DNA of 64,000 nt from Glaucostegus cemiculus (lineage: Eukaryota), in the NCBI GenBank assembly GCA_976551045.1, contig CDPCPM010000054.1, forward strand, positions 33,046,001-33,110,000, given 5' to 3'. The position numbers and the translations under genes were made by a program. The notes beneath the pieces are model-generated. The model had not been told where the DNA came from, did not search any database, and saw only the letters and a program-made list of their open reading frames with translations. This document shows positions 50,786 through 64,000 of this stretch, piece after piece. The first letter of the stretch is position 1; each line of letters starts with the position of its first letter.

Positions 50786-52229
50786 TAAACAAAAAAATCA
50801 TGCAGCAGAGCTAGATAAAGGATGAAAATGTAGATAGGAATGTGGAATTGAGGTTTTAACCACATCTTATTAAATGGGGGAAGGTGGCTTAAGGGGCCCT
50901 AAGTAGCCCACTCCAGCTCTTAATTCTCATGCCTTAACAACTTTGCCCAATTACCTCATTTCTCCTTCCAAATGCCCTGCTATATTTTTAGCAGTTGCTT
51001 CTAGTATATTTTTCCCCATGATAGATGTTGAACTAATTGATCTGCAGTTTCCCACTTTTCCCTCTTTGTGAAAAAAGGAGTTACATTTTTAACTAAATGG
51101 AGTCTTCAACATATCTAGGGAGTTTTGAAAGATTAAAACCAACACAGCATTCTACTTTAAGATCCCAGGATAAAGTCCATTAGCACAAGGCAATCAGAGA
51201 TAGGTAAATAAATGCTGCCTGCTACTGATGTCCAGATCATGAAAGGGATTTTTTTAAAAAATACATGTCTACCTTGATCAACCTTTGAAAGTTAATTGGA
51301 TAACTACTTCAACTTTCACCACCTTTTAAGGGATTGTCATGATTTAGAATGTAATCTGTTGTACAAGTTCTTTTTCATGCCATCAGTAATGTTAAAAACT
51401 ATTTGTACCTCAAGGAAAAAGATGAGGATTGAACATAGGACCACGTAATTGCAAACCAAGTCCTCTACTATGTTACATCTCAAGCTGAAGTCACTTTTCC
51501 GCTCAAGGCAGAGGGAAACTATTTAGGCTGTTTACTGAGACTAGTATTTTGGCAAGCCCAAAAGATTTCAATTCCCAACAGATGCACTGTCAAATTCTAA
51601 CAGAAATAGTCTACAGCTCCCATTTCTACTCATTTCAGAGATCTAGACAAGACAGCAGAGTACTTTGCCAATGTAGCAGACTATTAAAAGTCTTCATAAC
51701 TGATCACATCTCTTGAAAGAGATCAACAAAGCCACTTTTCACAACAAAGGCAGTTGAACCTCTAACAGCCCTTCATCAGTCAAATTCAAATCGTTACCAA
51801 AGCATTTCACATGCAATAAGTATTTCTCTGCAATCTTGTTTCCTTTTCGCTGCAGTATTGTAACCAATGAACTAATTTTCCCATTTTAAAACACAGAAAA
51901 GCATGTGCAAAATATATATTTTTACACAAACAGAACATGAAAAATTTATATTGCAAAAGTGTCAGAATTATTGGTCTACAAATTATGCATTATAGCAAAA
52001 ATTACCTAGAGGTCAGTCACCACTACTAAGCAGCACATAGTAACAAATGATGACAAAATTACTGTATACAACACACCCAAGACTAGTTCCCTAACACTAC
52101 ATTGAAGTGAATTCCAAAATAAGCATATAGCAAGAACTTGCAATCACACTGAACCATTCACACCTTAGAACACCCAATTCTATGCTAATTATTTTGATGA
52201 AAATCAAAATACACATTGGAATACTTGAA

Positions 52230-53215
52230 ATACAAAAGAAAATGCAAGAAGCATTTGTCTGCTCAGGCAGTACCTGTGGAAAGAGAAAAACAGTTAATGT
52301 TTAGTCAAGGACCCTTCCTGAGAACTGGAAAGGAGAAGATGCTAGTTTTAATTTTCAGAGGATGGGGGAAGGACAGAGGGAACCTCTCTGACAAGGCAAG
52401 GTCAGGGTTGTCATGGCAATGAACTACTGAAGCAGCTATCTGGTTGATGGGTTAATGAGGGAAGATAAACAGTGGAAACACAAAGAAATATGCAAAAGCT
52501 GTGAAATGCAGAGATGTAAGAAGTGCCTAGCAGGTCTGCCTGTGCTAGTGGAGAGGGAAGAAACTGAGCCAATATCAGATGACTCATTCTGCTACAAACC
52601 AACTCTTCCCTAAAACTGTATTTGATATAGAGACTGCAAAGTCACAATGTGACCAGACAGATGAGATAATGCTCCACAGCCTTGCACTGAATCTCAATTT
52701 CACAGTATAGAGACCATCAGAAGGATAGAATGGGAATGTGACAGAATCAAAGGAAAGGGTTACCCCAGCAGACTGAATGCAAATGCTCTGCAAAATAGCC
52801 ACACAAGCTGCATCTGGTTTCTTCAATTAAAAGACCATATTGTGAACATTGCATGCAGTAGACTAGATATGAAGTGCATGTGATTTGCTGCTGCATCTAG
52901 AAGACTGTCCCTATATGTTGGGAAGAGGATAAAGGACAGATGTGGCATCTCCTGCAAGTTGTATGCAAAGCAAAGTACCTTGATGGGAAGTGATTGATGC
53001 AGATGGAAGAGCAGACCAGGGAGTTATATAGTGAATGATCCCTTTGGAATACTGAGAAGGGAAGGGGTGATGCATTTGCTGGTAGAATCTCATTGAAGGC
53101 AAAATTAAGAAGGATGATTTGTTAAATGCGAGGCTGGTGAGATGGGAAGTGAGGACTAGGGAACTCTATCCTTGATCTGTCTGAGGAGAGAGAGTGAAAA
53201 TAGAAGTCCAGGAAA
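52230..53215 (-). mobile_element. Penelope-like element, degenerate GIY-YIG endonuclease plus terminal repeat
   Basis: Minus strand reads QQITCTSYLVYCMQCSQYGLLIEETRCSLCGYFAEHLHSV, matching the PLE motif FTCTSSNLVYCIRC..CG.LYIGET.R.L..RF.EH; terminal repeat at about 52230-52330. Confidence 0.8.
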
Positions 53216-55319
53216 CGGATTTTAGATTGTGATGTTGAAGTTTCCTTCTACGTACAGTGTACCCCTACCCCCACCCCCATTATTGCATTCCTTAAAAAAA
53301 GTCTGTATTGTAACCTCCTGTATTGTGAACACTCCCCTCCCAACCATCACCACTGAATCCCAAGTGGAAAAATGTTCCTATGGGAAGTCTTTCTTCCAAC
53401 AATAATACTCCCATGGGTGCATGGTCTAGAGGCAAGGGAATTCTGATTGTATGGCAGGCAAAAGAGAAAAAAAAGTTATTACTTTAATTATCTAGGAATT
53501 GACTTTTCATTGTTTGATAAAGTATGATTGTACAAATATTAATAGAAGCTGCCTAGTCCAAAGCAAACCCCTTAGGTATCCTCCCACTGTGAATCAGCAA
53601 CCTGTGATCCTTCCCTGTGGTAAACTAGTTGCATTTTCTGTATACAATGCATTCGCTCCCACCCTGCCCACCCCAGAAATCCCAGTGGAGTGATTTTTTA
53701 AAAATTCCTCTTCAAAATTTTGTAAATCCCAGAAGGGCAAATTTCCATTCACCAATCTATGGTAACATCCCAGTAGCAAATGTGATCAAAAACAATTCAG
53801 TTTTGCAGAATCTGGAAGATATTATTCTTGCTCTAATTTTCCTCAGCTTTAAAAATCAGATTTTGATTGTACCAAAATGCCAAATCAGTTCATTATCCTA
53901 GCAGTCTCATTATACAAAGCACTGGTGTTTACTTTCAGCACTTAGTACCATTCTTTGATTTACAAATACTAGCCCATATTAAATGACAAGTGCTGACAGG
54001 GAGTGGGAGTATTACACGTTTGGCTGCTGGTAGTCAGAAATCTCAACAAATGCAAGTCAGGATTGTACTTAAAAGTCAATCTCAGACAATACAACAGTAA
54101 AACACAACACTAAGAAACTGCAAATAGCTATTATTATTACACAGCCTTCTCTCCAAGTCTTGTCAATATTATAATACTGAGAAAATGGGTGTACTGTGGT
54201 TACAAATGAGATTTACACTCAGGTCAAACAAGGATGTTTCTGTCTGATTTTGATTGGTGGTGTGGGGGTGCTAGCCGGTATATTATGAATTTTATTGAAT
54301 TCAGGTTCACAATTTGCAGCAATCAATTTTCAGCTGGCAATCCTCAGCTTTTTAGTCCCATATCTTAATAATTCCATGCCCAAGCAGGCTAGCAATTTAC
54401 AAATATAGTTTTAACATTTGTACATTTGAAACAATTAAAGTACAATATGTTAAATGGGAGGTTGCCTTGACATTCATTTTTGAAAAAAGCCAACCCCCAG
54501 CCCCTTCCTGGAGCAGGAGTTAACAATTTATAAGCTTTAATTGACTTCAGGATGTGCCTATTCAGACTACATCCCCTTGTGAAAAGCACAATGGCCTTGA
54601 TGGTTACATTAAATTCATCTAGCAGCTCAGTGGATGATTATCACAAATCAGACCTTGAATTTTTCATAGGCAATGCTAATTGAAACGTCTACATTCTTGA
54701 AATGAGTACAGATAAAAGCCAGATCAGAATTTTCACTTAACTCTCTCACAATTACAGAAGTGGTAGTGCAAAATGACAACATTTAAGGGAAAAGGCAAAT
54801 CAGTTTTTAAATTATTATCTTGGGAAAACAAGTATTTTTTTTAGTTCCCCAGTCTTTATGAGCACTCATTATTTTAAGATTGGGTAATTGTAGATTAAAG
54901 ATAGAATGGCAATTTTTCTTAAACAAGTTTCTATTTTCCAGTATTTAAATTCATTAATTGCTTTAACTTGCCCATATCCTACTAAAGCCTTAAGAAAGTT
55001 TTTCAGAAAATCCTAAATGTGCTATATGAACAGGCCAATAATTAGTGACAATTATGTCAATAATAATTGACATTTCAGTGCATGAAAATAATGCCAATTA
55101 TTTTGTATTAAAATAAACTTATCCATGTTAAATAAATTAAGGTGGAATGCAGAACAGAAGATATGAACATCACAGGAAATCCACTAGTTTTACTAAATAT
55201 AGACTGCTGAAATGATACACTGGGTTGGTGAATCAAACGGAACTGCAGAGGAAATCACAATGATATAACTGGTTTATTCAACAAGAAAGCCATGTATGTT
55301 ATTACACCATAATTCAAGA

Positions 55320-55790
55320 TAAATAACCAGAAAAATGTCAGAAGTACTCAGCAGAGCAGGTGTAACTTGCAGAGGGAGAAACAGGTCAATCACCTTTTAT
55401 CTGATGACCAACCTAGAATGTTAAATCTGTCACGAGAATTCAGAATCCCCTCAAAATGCTGAAAGGAAAGGGGGAAAGGTGTCCGGCAGAGGACATCTCA
55501 TTGAAAATGGTGGAAACTGAGGCAGAACTTGTAAATCCTGATTGAAGAAAAATGTTTAGTACTTTCCCAAAATGAACACCAATCTTTATAGTCCATCTTT
55601 TATTTGTCTCCACCCTATCACAGATAGTCCCTTTATTCCCTCCATCCCTCACCCTTCACTTCAAAATTAAACTTAACTGAAAACATTTGTAAAAGAGTCA
55701 TGATAACAGGTCATCAGCTTGAAACAGATTCCATTTCTCTCTCTCTACAGATGTTTCCTGATCTGGTGCGTATTTCCAACATCCAAAGAA
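55320..55790. mobile_element. Inverted pair of Penelope terminal-repeat fragments (similar short copies at about 9810-9920, 45845-45980, 46200-46285, 57760-57830, 63820-64000)
   Basis: Left arm aaatgtcagaagtactcagcagagcagg; right arm ...ctctctacagatgtttcctgatctggtgcgtatttccaacat in the opposite orientation. Confidence 0.55.
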
Positions 55791-55959
55791 TAGTACTTTT
55801 AGAGAGAAGCTACTTTGTAGAAGGACTCCCAACAGCCAGATTTCACCAAATGATTCTCCAAATTCTGCTGTGGGATGAGATTACAGGGCAGACAGAAAAA
55901 TATTCAAGTCATTGAAGTCATTTTTCAATAATATTCAAGAAAATATTCAAGTCATTTTT

Positions 55960-56044
55960 ATGGGACGAACACCTGAGGAGGACGGTATCTCGCTCCTATG
56001 CATACTATGTATGCATATGGTTGTGACAATAAAACTGATTCTGA
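55960..56044 (+). mobile_element. Short 5'-truncated tail of the same Rex1/Babar-like family
   Basis: About 68 nt match to 9234-9301 with 3 mismatches. Confidence 0.8.
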
Positions 56045-59000
56045 TGTGCAACACCCCCACCCACTCCTGGGAACCTTTGGACAGTAGGACAGGAGCATTC
56101 AGTTTAGCATTGGAAACCTCGATGCCAAGTGGCAGCAAACCGAAGTAAAAACAGCACACCACCTATCCATCCCACTGCCTGGTTCATCTGTGCAAGACCC
56201 TGCAGTTCTCACCTTAGAATCCAAATAACTCGAGTAGAAGCCAGTCATCCATGACAGAGGGCTGCATGAGAACTTTGATTTTTAAAAAAGATCAGGATAG
56301 CAAGTATGCATAATACTATTAAAAAATGTATTGGTAGCAAGCAGAGATATGGTAAATTGATTAAATAATCAAGGAATTGTATTACTTGAGCAATTAGGGA
56401 AGAAAGAACGTACTCATACTAATAAAATAATAGCAGTTAACAACAACCAAGCTTGATAGAAATACAAGAGTAAAATTTACTGCTTAACACCCACAAATTG
56501 AGAGCCCAATTACCTATTTGAACACAGGAAATTTCACAGTACAAGCTTGTTTCTGTACACAATGTATGTGCTTATGACGTCAAGTATTAAAAAAGGACTT
56601 CTGGTAGTCACTCTACAAGACCAGTGTTACATTATATATTAAGAATATCACTTTGAAGAGCTTATATGTAAACAAAAAATTTCGTGGTGCAATTCAACTG
56701 CGAGAAGCTGTTCATTAATAAGAGTTCCTGTCCTACCATCACAATCCATCCCTACTACTTTGATAAAAGGGCAGATAGATTTCAGTTAACAGCAGATTTG
56801 CTGCCTCAGCACAGAAACGAATGCCAAGGACAGTTTGCCACAAGAAACCTTTACTTTTGCATACAGCTGCATTGGATGTGTAATATGGAAAACAAGTTCA
56901 ACTTCCTGCTCCACTGTAACATCAACATTCCCTGCCATGTTTATTTTAAACTGAGAAAATTATTAACGAGTGATTGCAGCATTTTAAAGAAAGATTCCAT
57001 AATAATCACTCAAGGAGTCTATACTTAAAATGCTTTCAAGAAGCCAAAATAATATGCTTCAAGAGTAAAATTCAAATGTTTTTGGTTATTCAGTTGATAA
57101 TTCAACCACTGCTTTTCATCAGAATGCAGTTCATTAATGAGAGGCTTAGTTAAAGAATAACAAGAATGACACCAATCACGAAAGTATGAAGCAAGTAAGA
57201 AACAAACAGGTCAGTACTGGACTCACTTTTGATAAAGGCACAAGAGAGGTATTATTTAATAAGTCTTAAATTAGTCTATTAGGGAGCACCTTCTAATTTC
57301 CACATTGCTACATCCAATTATTTCCAAAACAATTCCATGAGTATCTGGCATCTGCCATACAAGTTGATAGCTTTCTGGAATGAAAATATCATGGTACTCA
57401 GGACTGCAGTGTAAAGATATCTTCAGATAAAACAGAAGTTGGCAAACAAACAACAAAGACAATAAGCATTAATAAATAACATTTATAGAATGCTTTAAAA
57501 TTAAGAAAGCATTGATAATGTTTTTGTGACATTCCTTGTCGACAAAATATTTTAGTAAATCATGAAAGATATTAGGACAGGTGATCTAAATGTTGGAAAA
57601 TAAGTTTTTCTTTAAAAAAAAATAAAACCCAGGGGAAAAAGTAGAACTACTCAGGGAGGTCATTCCTGAGTGTTGTGCCCTGACAACCAAACAAGTCCAT
57701 GAATGAAGTGAATAAGCTCAAGAATGACCAAAATGAAACTGGACCACAGCTCTCTCAGAATGTCATATCTCTCTCTCCACAAGTATGCCTGGCCTGTTGA
57801 GTATTTTCAGCATTTCTGATTTTGTTCCTTCCAGGAACCTGCAGGGGATTATCTCTCCCCAGAATAGATCATGCTGGGATTTGAAAACAAGTTTGAGAAC
57901 TTTGGGGCATTACTTAAATGAGAGTCAATTTTCAATGTAATTCTGCAACCACCAAGGTGATGGTGAGTGTTAAGATGCAGTCAAAGGTGTTTCAGAAAGC
58001 CTCAATATTATAAAAGGTTAACTGATGAAAGCAAGCCAAGAATGGAACCGTTAAGTCTAGAGTTAACAGACAGAAATTCAGATGGACCAAGGCAAAGTAA
58101 TGTCAGTTTTTTTTCACCTTTCTGTAACTTCAGGACTAGAAGAATGGGCAGACTGATAATAGAAAGACTGAGGGATCATATATTTGGAAGAGAAAGGAGT
58201 ATAAACTCAATGAAAGTACGACATATTCAGGAAAAGGGAAACAAGCACACAAACACATGGGCTACAGCCTAAGTCAAGCCCCCCACTGCCCTCCCATTCC
58301 CTGTCCAGATGTTACATCACCATCTTGAGATCACATAATCACAATGCCTAGAGTTTGTGTCACCTCAACCATCTGAGGAGCAGAGAGGCTACACATTACA
58401 AATAATAGGGCACTTTGGAGACTGAAGCCCCAGACCACCCCATGGATCTTGTGATGGCAGTGTGTGCTGACAGAAGACTTTTGATAATCAAATTGAGAAC
58501 CACATGATATGCAGTTAAATAAATCCAAAAGCTTAGACATGAAAAACAAATTTAAAATTACATTTAACTTGCATATATCAATTAAACCATTAATATTAAA
58601 TCAAAATAAAGAGTGATAAAAAACAAACCATCTATCTTCCCCATCTCATTTGCCAATACAGTTTAAATGAATGTGACTGTACTAAATAGGGCAGCAATGG
58701 CTGGTGCAGTTTCCAGCTCCTTGGCTCTACAGAAATCAGGAACCATCCTGTCTTGACAATTGCAATTTGATAAAGTTATGATTTACAGTGCTGTGCATCT
58801 TACAAACAAAGCATTAGAGTTAAAAGATTAAATTTTACAATGTCATCATAATGTCTGGGTAAAACTAAACACACTTCAGTATACATAGAACCTTTATGTC
58901 ACTGACACTTAAAACATCAGATCACCAGGAAGAAACAAACTGAAGACAGTAGATCAAGAAGAGATTGAATGAAAGTATTCCCTCCATCCCACGCATGACC

Positions 59001-60929
59001 CCAAATCTTAAATCAACATCCCACATATCTAAATGCTTTTAAAGGGCAAATAAGATTCATTTTGTTAGTTGAGGAAATTAATGCAGAGTCACTACAGAAG
59101 GGAGGAGAAACAAAGACAAGTGCCTTTACACAAAGTTAAAAGAAAATGGAACATTTTGCCACAATATTATTACTGTATTAGATAGTTTGCTTTGTTACTG
59201 ACTACTACTCGAGAACTAGTGAAACATAAAAATTCACAGCAAACGCCAGGGCATCAAAATCTTAGAGAATACAGAACAGACTGTTGCTAATATGTGGAGA
59301 TACAGGAACTCAAGAGTACAGGTCAAGAGAAGGCATTCAAAAATGTGAGTATTCATAAAAGAGAGAAATTGTTTCCACCAGTGATTATCAATAAGCAGAG
59401 GCTGCAAATTTAAAATAACTCGCATAATGAATAGGGGAAATTGGAAGAAACCTGTTCCCAGTGGGTTAAGATATCAACACTACCTGAAGGAGTGGTAGAA
59501 AGAAAATGAAGCTACATGGCTTGTCTTTTAACCTTTTTAAAAAAAAATGATATTAAATGGATGTACACAAGTTATATGTATTCTAAAGAAAAGATTTTTG
59601 GGGAAAAGCCTGGAGTGCAAAACTGAAATGGCCATTCTTTCAACAAAAATACAACAGAGCAAGAGACTTGGAATTCAAGAAATGCTAATCAAAGTGTCGC
59701 AGCGTTAACAGCAACTTCACTTTTGATTTTAACAAATGTTTTCATTTTGTTCTAAATCAATATGGCATAGGTTGAAATTTTGCCAGCATTTGACAATTAT
59801 ACAATAATTTCTAATGTAAAAGAATTAACAACTTTCCTCTTGTGTAGCATGTGTCTGAAAATTTGTGATTGGAACTGCAAAGTGGCAGGCTGGAGAGGGC
59901 CCGCCCAAGGATGGAGACTTTGACATTGTTCTGATGCAGCAGTACACAACATTGTTTAATGTGGGAAGAGCCAGATTTACAATCCAAACCACTTCCAAAG
60001 ACCACTTATGAAAACCACATTTAATTCTGTTCAAGCCATTCAGAAAAATACATTAAAGCTACATTTCCTTTTTAAAAGAGCAGCTAACTATTCACACCTT
60101 CCTTTCAGAAAGCCAACAATTCCCACTGCCCTCAGTCAGGAAACTGAATGCATTTCCTCCCTGTGCATCCTTAATAACCATTGTGCTAACAATCCATATA
60201 CGTATGCCCATCTCTAGCAATAGAAACATCTAGGAGGGAGGTGGTGGCAGGATGGTAATGCAAAAGAATCTTAGTACTCATTATGCCTGTACCAGCTTTT
60301 TGAAAAGTGCTCTGAATTAGTTGGTGCAAGCGAAAGACCTGTACCTACCAGTACCATATGCCTGCATATAAAGCTAGATGCAGATCTGTAGGTGGATTTG
60401 GGTCCAGAAGGTCATCAGGCTGAACCCAATAGTCTCTGGGTCTCTAATCAACAAGTCCTTTGGACAGCATTAGGTAGGCCCCAGGGATACGGACAGTGGG
60501 ATAAGTACTTATATTTTAGATCTGCAAACACAGCCTCCACAACACTCCTCCCAGTGCTTTGTGCCTCTGATAGATGAAACCATAAGTTGTTGTTTTAATG
60601 GAATTGGAGAGTCCTGGGAAGTACTGTCAAGTCTCTGACTAGGGCAGCTTGAATGATAAGCAGCCAGACAGGATAGATACAGACCCTGCGGGGGATAACA
60701 AATGGTGGTGGGCCAGACAGTACCACTGTGCATCATGGAGGTTTTGCTCCACGATCATTAAGATACTTGGAAGCCAGAAAACCATCTGGAAGGTTGGAAC
60801 TCTAAAATTTGGAAGGTTCACATCCTTGAGCAATAATTTGCAGCCAAAATACTAAAAATCCAATATTCCATCTGTCATTAAATATCTACCTCATGCAGCA
60901 TGAAATAACATTTTTAATAACATGCTGGT

Positions 60930-61480
60930 TATCCATGATGCTCATCTATGCTAATCCCATTTGTTCATATCGCTCACTAACTGTCCAAATGCCTTTTAAA
61001 CATTGTACGGGCTGCCACTTACCTCCTCCGGCAGCTCATTTCAGGTATTCACATTCCTGTGTGAAAAACATACCCCTCTGATCTCCTTTAAATTTCTTCC
61101 CTCTCACCATAAATCTGTCCCCTTTAGTTCTAGACTCCTATGTCCTTGGAAAAAGACCGACCATCTATTCTATCTGTGCCTCTCATAATTTTATAAACCT
61201 CAACTATATCCCCCCTCAGCCTCCTACGTTCCAGTGTGATAAACTCAGCCTATCCAAGTCTCTCCTTATAACTATAAACCCTCCATTTCAGGCAACATCC
61301 TGGTGAATCTAGTTTTCACTCTCTCAACTGTTAAATCCTTCCTGTAGTGCAGCAACCAGAACTATACTCAATACTCCAAGTGCAGTTTAAATCTATGTTT
61401 AATACAGTTGCAACATGACCTCCCAACTCTTATACTCAATGCCTCAGCCTATGTAGGCAAGCATACCAAATAACCTATTA
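60930..61480 (-). mobile_element. CR1 LINE 3' region
   Basis: Reverse complement of the CR1 3' end (ggcaacatcctggtgaatct; accagaactatactcaatactccaagtg). Confidence 0.8.
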
Positions 61481-62199
61481 TAATTAGGAAAGGGCATCAT
61501 GGTACAGATGCAGAAATAACATTTCCACTGATATAGGTACGTCACTACAATTGAAAAATTCAGGCCACAATATTCTGAGTAGCAAAGGTTAGCAGTCAGT
61601 CTCCATGAAGTATTTAAACCTTTGGAATTATTGCATCTCAGCATAACTTGCAACACATTACAGAAAACTCAATCCAAGTCCAACCCACAGGCATCTTTAA
61701 GATGTTGCTTATGCAATTAAGTGAATTCATTCTTTTCAATACAGTAATCAAGGTTGCAGGAAGGTATGCCTTAAGTATAGCCATAGTCTGGCTATGACTT
61801 GCTAAAGAGCATTTTTGGAAAAAGTTAGTATTCCAGTTAAGATCTAATGCTGTGCTTAAAACCAGTCCCAATTACACAACTCTCAAGCATTGTTCAGTTC
61901 TTTGTTATAATGCCAACTTTAGCAGAAAAGACTGGCATTATTTGTTAAAGGTGTGTAATTTGAATGGAAAAATGTTCTTTACAAACCAGCAAACACAACT
62001 TCTCACCTTCCTCAAGACTGAGGAAAAATATTTTGCAACTCAGTCCTCATTCTTCCACAGTTACAAGACCAAAGAAATTGTAATTGATAGAGATGTGTGT
62101 TCCAGATGAACCAATATACATCATGAATATCATCAAGTTTTTTTTTACATACATGGAGGTTATGACTTCACTTTTCTTTTACAAAAAAACTTCCCCAAT

Positions 62200-63300
62200 A
62201 TCCACTCACTGCTGCCAGTTTGGGTATTGCCAGAACTATTTGGCACGAAACCACATCACAATCTCAGATCAAACATGGACTAAAGAACTGAATTCCAGAG
62301 GTAAACTGAGTGACTGTCCTTAACATCAATACACCATTTGACCAAATGTGGCATCAAGGTACCTTGGTAACATTATTAGTGGACATCAAAGGGGAAAACA
62401 GTCAAATGGTCATCTCACACAAAAGGAAAATGGTTGTGGTTGGAGCCCAACCCCAGCATACTGCTGCACAAGTTCTTCATGACAGTACATCTGATCTAAT
62501 TATTTTCAGCTGCTTCAATGACCTTCCTTCCTTCATAATTAGTGGGGATGTTCACTGATTAATGCACAGTTAATTCCATTTGCAATCCCTCAACAAATGA
62601 AGCAGTTTATGCCTGCATACAGCAAGACTTAGACAACATTCAAGCATGGGCTGGCAAGCAACAATGTCACCATAATAGCAATGACCATCTCCAACAATTA
62701 CCCTTGTTATTCAAGGGCATTACCATCACCACATCCCCCACCATCAACATCATTGGGTCACAAGTGACCAGGAACTCAAACAAACCAGGCACAAAAATTC
62801 TGTAGCTAGGCAGGCAAGTAAGAAGCTAGATATCCTGCAGTAATTGACTAACCTCAAGATATGAGAAAGCCTTTCCACCATCTAGAAGGCTCAGGTCTAG
62901 ATGTGTGCAGCTTCAACAACTCTTATGAAGTTTGTCACCATACAGATCAAAGCAGCCCACTTGATTAGTACTGAATATATCATTCCCTCCGATGCACTGT
63001 GGCTGCAGTGCCCATCATCTACAAATTCCCCTGCAGCTACTTGCCTAAGCTACACCTCCCAAGCCTACAATCACCACCATTCTCCCACCATTAAGGGCAA
63101 GATCTTAAAATGTGCAGAAACATTTCCCCCTCAAGTTATTCACCATCTCTACTTGGAAATACACTTGTTCCTTCATCACTAGGCCCAGACCCCAGAACTC
63201 CCTACCCAACACCATTGAGTACCTTCAACAGCAGGACTGTAGTGGTTCATGCAAGTGGCTCACCACTATCTTCACTCAGGTAATTTGGGATGTTAAAGAC
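62200..63300 (+). mobile_element. Old LINE (CR1/L2 clade), RT to 3' end
   Basis: ORF 62310..62558 contains FDQMWHQG and IIFSCFNDLPS, followed by a degenerate GMF.D (FADD-like) motif; tail gtggttcatgcaagtggctcaccactatcttc. Confidence 0.7.
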
Positions 63301-63304
63301 CCCA

Positions 63305-63815
63305 ACATTTCTCAAGGTTGACTTGGCAATATGAGGCAGAGGGTAGTAATGGAGGGTTATTTTTCTGATTGGAAGTCTCTGACTAGTGGCACACAAGGAT
63401 CTATGCTTGACCTGTGTTATATACATTAATTACTTGGGTGTGAATGTAGGAGGTATGATTTTTGTCTCTCTCTCTCTCAATCTTGCACTAGAGTTATGTT
63501 TATTTTGCATGTGTATGTATAATTTAAGTTTTATGTCAACTTATGTTTGTCCTGATCTTGAATGTACTGCTGTTGCAAAAAGATAATCTTCATGGCATTT
63601 ATACCCTCAAGTATTAGACATTTTGAACCTGGGAAAAATAGCAGCTGTCTATCCATGCTTCTCATAATCTTAGAAATTTCTATCAGGTCTCCCCTCACCT
63701 TCCATCGCTCCAGAGAAAGCTACCCAAATTCATGCAACCTCTCCTTATAGCACAAACTAGAATATATGCATGTATGTACATCTATGACAACAATAATAAA
63801 ACACTAATCTTGATT
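63305..63815. mobile_element. Mosaic of CR1 (+, about 63305-63455), Rex-like tail (about 63480-63610 and 63755-63815) and CR1 (-, about 63615-63750)
   Basis: Motifs shared with the other CR1 and Rex1/Babar copies in the window. Confidence 0.55.
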
Positions 63816-64000
63816 AGAGACACAAGAAACTGCAGATACTGGAATGCAGAGCAACACAATTTGCTGGAGGAACTCAGTGGGTCAGGCATCACCTATGGAG
63901 GAAAAAGGACAGTCAATGTTCCAGGTCAACTCTTCACCTGGACTATCGCCCATCTACTTTTCTGTCCAGATTAACGATCTCAACCTGAAGTGCCAACTGT

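Noticed and set aside
31136-64000. SH3-encoding first coding exon of p85-alpha (MSAEGYQYRALY...)
   Set aside because: No such ORF in the six-frame track or seen by eye; it presumably lies beyond 64000.

Overview
Eukaryotic, AT-rich genomic DNA. The repeat content (CR1/HER1-type LINEs, HE1-like V-SINE, Penelope-like and Rex1/Babar remnants) points to a cartilaginous fish, possibly a ray or skate; that assignment is inference. The window holds one gene on the minus strand, PIK3R1 (class IA PI3K regulatory subunit p85-alpha). Fourteen coding exons, equivalent to human exons 3-16, lie at 31135..7317 with GT-AG boundaries and a continuous frame (BH/RhoGAP, nSH2, iSH2, cSH2). They are followed by a ~3.45 kb 3' UTR with tandem poly(A) signals near 3864-3886. 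The SH3-encoding exon is not in the window, so 31136-64000 is part of a >32 kb intron. No prokaryotic systems, CRISPR arrays or intact mobile elements were seen. The most notable observations concern N-terminal isoform architecture: (i) a candidate alternative first exon at 37204..37063 that would replace SH3 with a basic 47-aa peptide; (ii) a p55-alpha first exon whose conserved initiator ATG reads TTG; (iii) a 28-nt MH-starting, p50-alpha-like mini first exon at 16615..16588; and (iv) an in-frame alternative acceptor before the QYS (Ser608) motif, with a branch-point match at a LINE junction. All four are predictions from sequence and need transcript evidence.
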